Assembly: GCF_009914755.1 (NCBI RefSeq)
Contig: NC_060925.1
DNA from: the human T2T-CHM13v2.0 reference genome, Homo sapiens
Direction: 5' to 3' (one strand)
Length of the DNA: 64,000 bases
Part shown: in pieces, positions 61,057 to 64,000 of the stretch
How positions within the stretch are numbered: the first letter of the stretch is position 1
Layout: the number at the start of each line of letters is the position of its first letter
The notes under the pieces: model-generated
Seen by the model: the letters and a program-made list of their open reading frames with translations, nothing else
Databases searched by the model: none
Told to the model about the DNA's origin: nothing
Translations under genes and position numbers: made by a program

Positions 61057-61499
61057 GACATGGACTTGATATTTTGGTTCAGCTGTTTGACTTGACCCAG
61101 AGCTCTGGACAGCTGGGATGTGTGAGTATTCAAAACCCTTGTCGTGACCCTAAAAGCCATAAAACGAAACTCAGCTGTATTTATTTTTTAATTGCTAGAT
61201 ACCACGCACATCCATCTCTCAGGGATGATATGAGCTCAGGGTTGGGGTGAGAGTGTCTGTTAAGCTCTTGCCTTAGTAATAAAATAGCCCACCAAAATCG
61301 CTGAGTCCAGATGGTCCATTCTTGAGCAAAGAATGGCTGCAAGCAGCAAGGAGCACATCTTAGCTAGCTGGGGCTCTATCTGGGACTTCTGTATCCAAGA
61401 TGGGATGGAAGGACAGGAGAAGATTAGACATCTAGGATGCAAGCCTAGGCATCCCTCAGAGTATTCAGGAATGCTGCTAGCCCCATAGCCAACATCCAG

Positions 61500-61995
61500 T
61501 AATAGCTAACAATTATCAAACACTTCCTACATGCTAGGCCCTGTTCTAAGCATTTCACCTACAAAAACTCATTAAATCCTTCCAATGAGCCTGTAACATA
61601 ACTACTATCATCATCATTCCGTTTTACAGATAGGCAATCTGAGGCACGGACAAGTTAGGTAACTTGTCCAAGGCCATAGAACTAGTAAATGTAGAGCTGG
61701 GATTTGAACCCAGACAGTCTGGCTCAAAGCCTGAGCTCTGTGCTTCCCTTCATAGAGCAGTGTAAAGCATAGTGCACCCTCCAGGGCAGACAGTGCATCA
61801 GCCTCCTTCCTGCCATCCATGGAAGAAGGGCGGTGCCACTGCCAGAAAACAAGATGAGTGTTTGCATATTGGGTTGAACCAAAGGATGATAGATGTTAAT
61901 GGCCTCATTTACAAACAAGGAAACTGAGACTCAGAGAGGTTCACACCCAACATATATCAGAAGCAAGACTGAAACCCAGATCTGACTCTGAATTT
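61500..61995 (-). mobile_element. MIR (near full length, ~61500-61750) plus MIR core (~61900-61995)
   Basis: ttttacagataggcaatctgaggcac..gtaacttgtccaagg..gggatttgaacccag. Confidence 0.88.
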
Positions 61996-62874
61996 GTTGT
62001 TCTTTGTGCTTTCCCACCCCCACCAGACTCAAAATAATTTCTTTTCTTTCTTTATGCTTGTACAACAGTTGGCACATTTTAGAGACAAATTTCCCACCAT
62101 CATCTCCCAAATTACACTGATAAAATCCTGTCACTGCAATGGCATTCTGGATGAACATCTCCCTCTTCTCTATGGTCCCCTGCTGGCACCTGGGAATTTG
62201 CCCAGACACTAGCCATCACTACTAAACCCACAGACCCCCACCTGGAGGACCCTCCCAGGCACCAGAGGCTGTGAACTATGCTGATTTTAAAACCACTGAA
62301 GCAGCCAGGACTGTTTCCCACAGTGTGAGAACAGCTAAACCCTGTCCGTAATATTGGGTGACAATGCCAAGTCCTGGGAGCAAATGGGAAGCCCTGGAGG
62401 TTCCAAACAGGGACACACTCCCAGGCTCAATGCCTGCGTGTGGGTCCTTTGTGTGAGTGGAGCACCTCCTGGGATTCTCCCTGGGAGCCAGTTGCAGAGA
62501 CCAAGGACCTGCCATTTTCAGATCCTTAAAGCCTACAAGTGGTTAGGTAGGGGACATCTGGGACTTTTTTGGTTCTGTGTGAGATATCTGATTACATGTA
62601 TTTGTTAATATATGCTTGTTTCAATTCCTCTACCTTATCTATTTCTTGCAGTTCTTCTTTACCTCTCTGTATTCTCCTCACCCCTGAAAAAGGCTGTTCA
62701 CTCCTTGAGGGCCGTCACGGTTACCCCAATGCATTCTACAGTGTCTACAGATGCTCAGGAAGGGGTGATTAAATGACCCGACAATGTGGATGGGGCACGC
62801 AACATTCATGAGTGACATTCAGGATTTCTTACCCTCTATCACTTTAGCCAAAGAAATCTTCTGGCCCTAAGCCA

Positions 62875-63513
62875 TGTGAACCAAAATTATCTGAGACAGG
62901 TCTTTATTCAGAAAGTTTATTTTGCCAAAGTTAAGCATGTGCCCCCAGGAGGCAGGTCTGTGCCTTTCGCCAAAGATGATGTTGAAGCCTTTAATATTTA
63001 AAGAGGAAAGGATGAATATTGGGGAAACAGGAAGAAATTTTTAAAAGGTGTGGGTAGATAAGAGACAAATGGTTTCACTCTTTTCAGACTTTGATCAGCC
63101 TTTCACCAGATACACAATTTACATGTGAGAGATGAGTAGAGGAAACAGTCCACCTATTGCCTCCATAGCTCAGTGAATCTGCATTTTTATATCAGAGGAA
63201 GCAATCTGATATGCATTTGTCTCAGGTGAGCAGGAGACTGACTTAGAGTTCTGTCCTTTGTCCCGCACCTGTGAAGATAAGCTATCAATTTACATTGTCA
63301 GGGTAAAATTCAACAAAACTGTTTAGGGAAAAGATCTTGAGGCCCACAAGGAATTTTCTAGTGGGAAAAATTATGAGGGGGGTATGTCGCTTTTTAATCT
63401 TTGTTTATCTTATTCAGGAATAAAGTGGGAGGCAGATTTGCCTGATGCGTTTCACAGCTTGACTTTTCCCTTTGGATTAGTGATTTTGCAGTCTGAGGTT
63501 TATTTTCCTTTCA
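62875..63513 (-). mobile_element. MER4A-like ERV1 solo LTR
   Basis: Reverse complement begins tgaaaggaaaataaac..aaatcactaa..aagggaaaagtcaagctg; the other end is tgtgaaccaaaattatctgagacaggtct. Confidence 0.85.
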
Positions 63514-63689
63514 AGCCCATCCCATCTGCATTCTACACCAAAATGCCCTCCAGGCTCCCACTGGAATAACAGGACCAGTCCCCTCACATTGAGAATGAAA
63601 GGCAGCTTAGGGTGACTAAGGAGACATCCCAGACCTCAGTCTTTGGGCCTCTTCTCTTCCCTATTCTCTGTTTCCTCTGACTTTATGCA

Positions 63690-64000
63690 GTCTCGTAACA
63701 TCAACTACCATTTCTAGCTAGTGACTCTCCAAGTTTTGTTTCTGGCCTGAAACACTTCTCTGAACTCCAGACTTGGGTATATATTCAACCTCCTGCATTG
63801 CATCTCCACTTAGACGTCTAATAGACATGTCAGACTTTCATGACCAAGGAAGAACTATTCATTGCCCAACTAGCCCCACCCACCCCTCTCTCCCCAACAT
63901 GGCTTTCAACCCAGAAGCAAATACCCCATGCATCCCGTTATCCAAGTCAAACCTTCAGGAGTCATCCATGATTCTTCTCTTTCCCTTGCTCACACCCATG
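63690..64000 (+). mobile_element. L2 fragment
   Basis: ctctgaactccagact..catctccacttagacgtctaatagaca. Confidence 0.7.

Overview
Human (primate) genomic DNA, roughly half interspersed repeats (Alu, L1, L2, MIR, CR1/L3, MaLR and ERV1 LTRs, hAT MITEs). The only gene structure I can support is a CpG-island promoter (~15650-16140) driving a + strand first exon that ends in ATG GAG|GTAAAG, so it codes only Met-Glu. The rest of the window (15932-64000) has no further recognisable coding exon. From memory this layout and 5'UTR fit RCSD1 (CapZIP, N-terminus MEERPAE..., chr1q24), with exon 2 beyond the window; I could not check this by alignment. The provided ORFs are almost all repeat-derived or chance ORFs. 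There is no tRNA, rRNA or CRISPR array, and I find no new protein-coding system. The leads most worth following up are: a chain of well-formed minus-strand non-coding exons upstream (candidate divergent lncRNA); separate myogenic and haematopoietic/cytokine motif clusters around the promoter and in intron 1; an orphan A42 tract; close inverted Alu pairs; two trimeric Alus; an Alu with a G-rich tail; a readable CR1 RT fossil; and a 38-bp duplication with a CTCF-like core. Repeat subfamily calls are by eye and boundaries are approximate.
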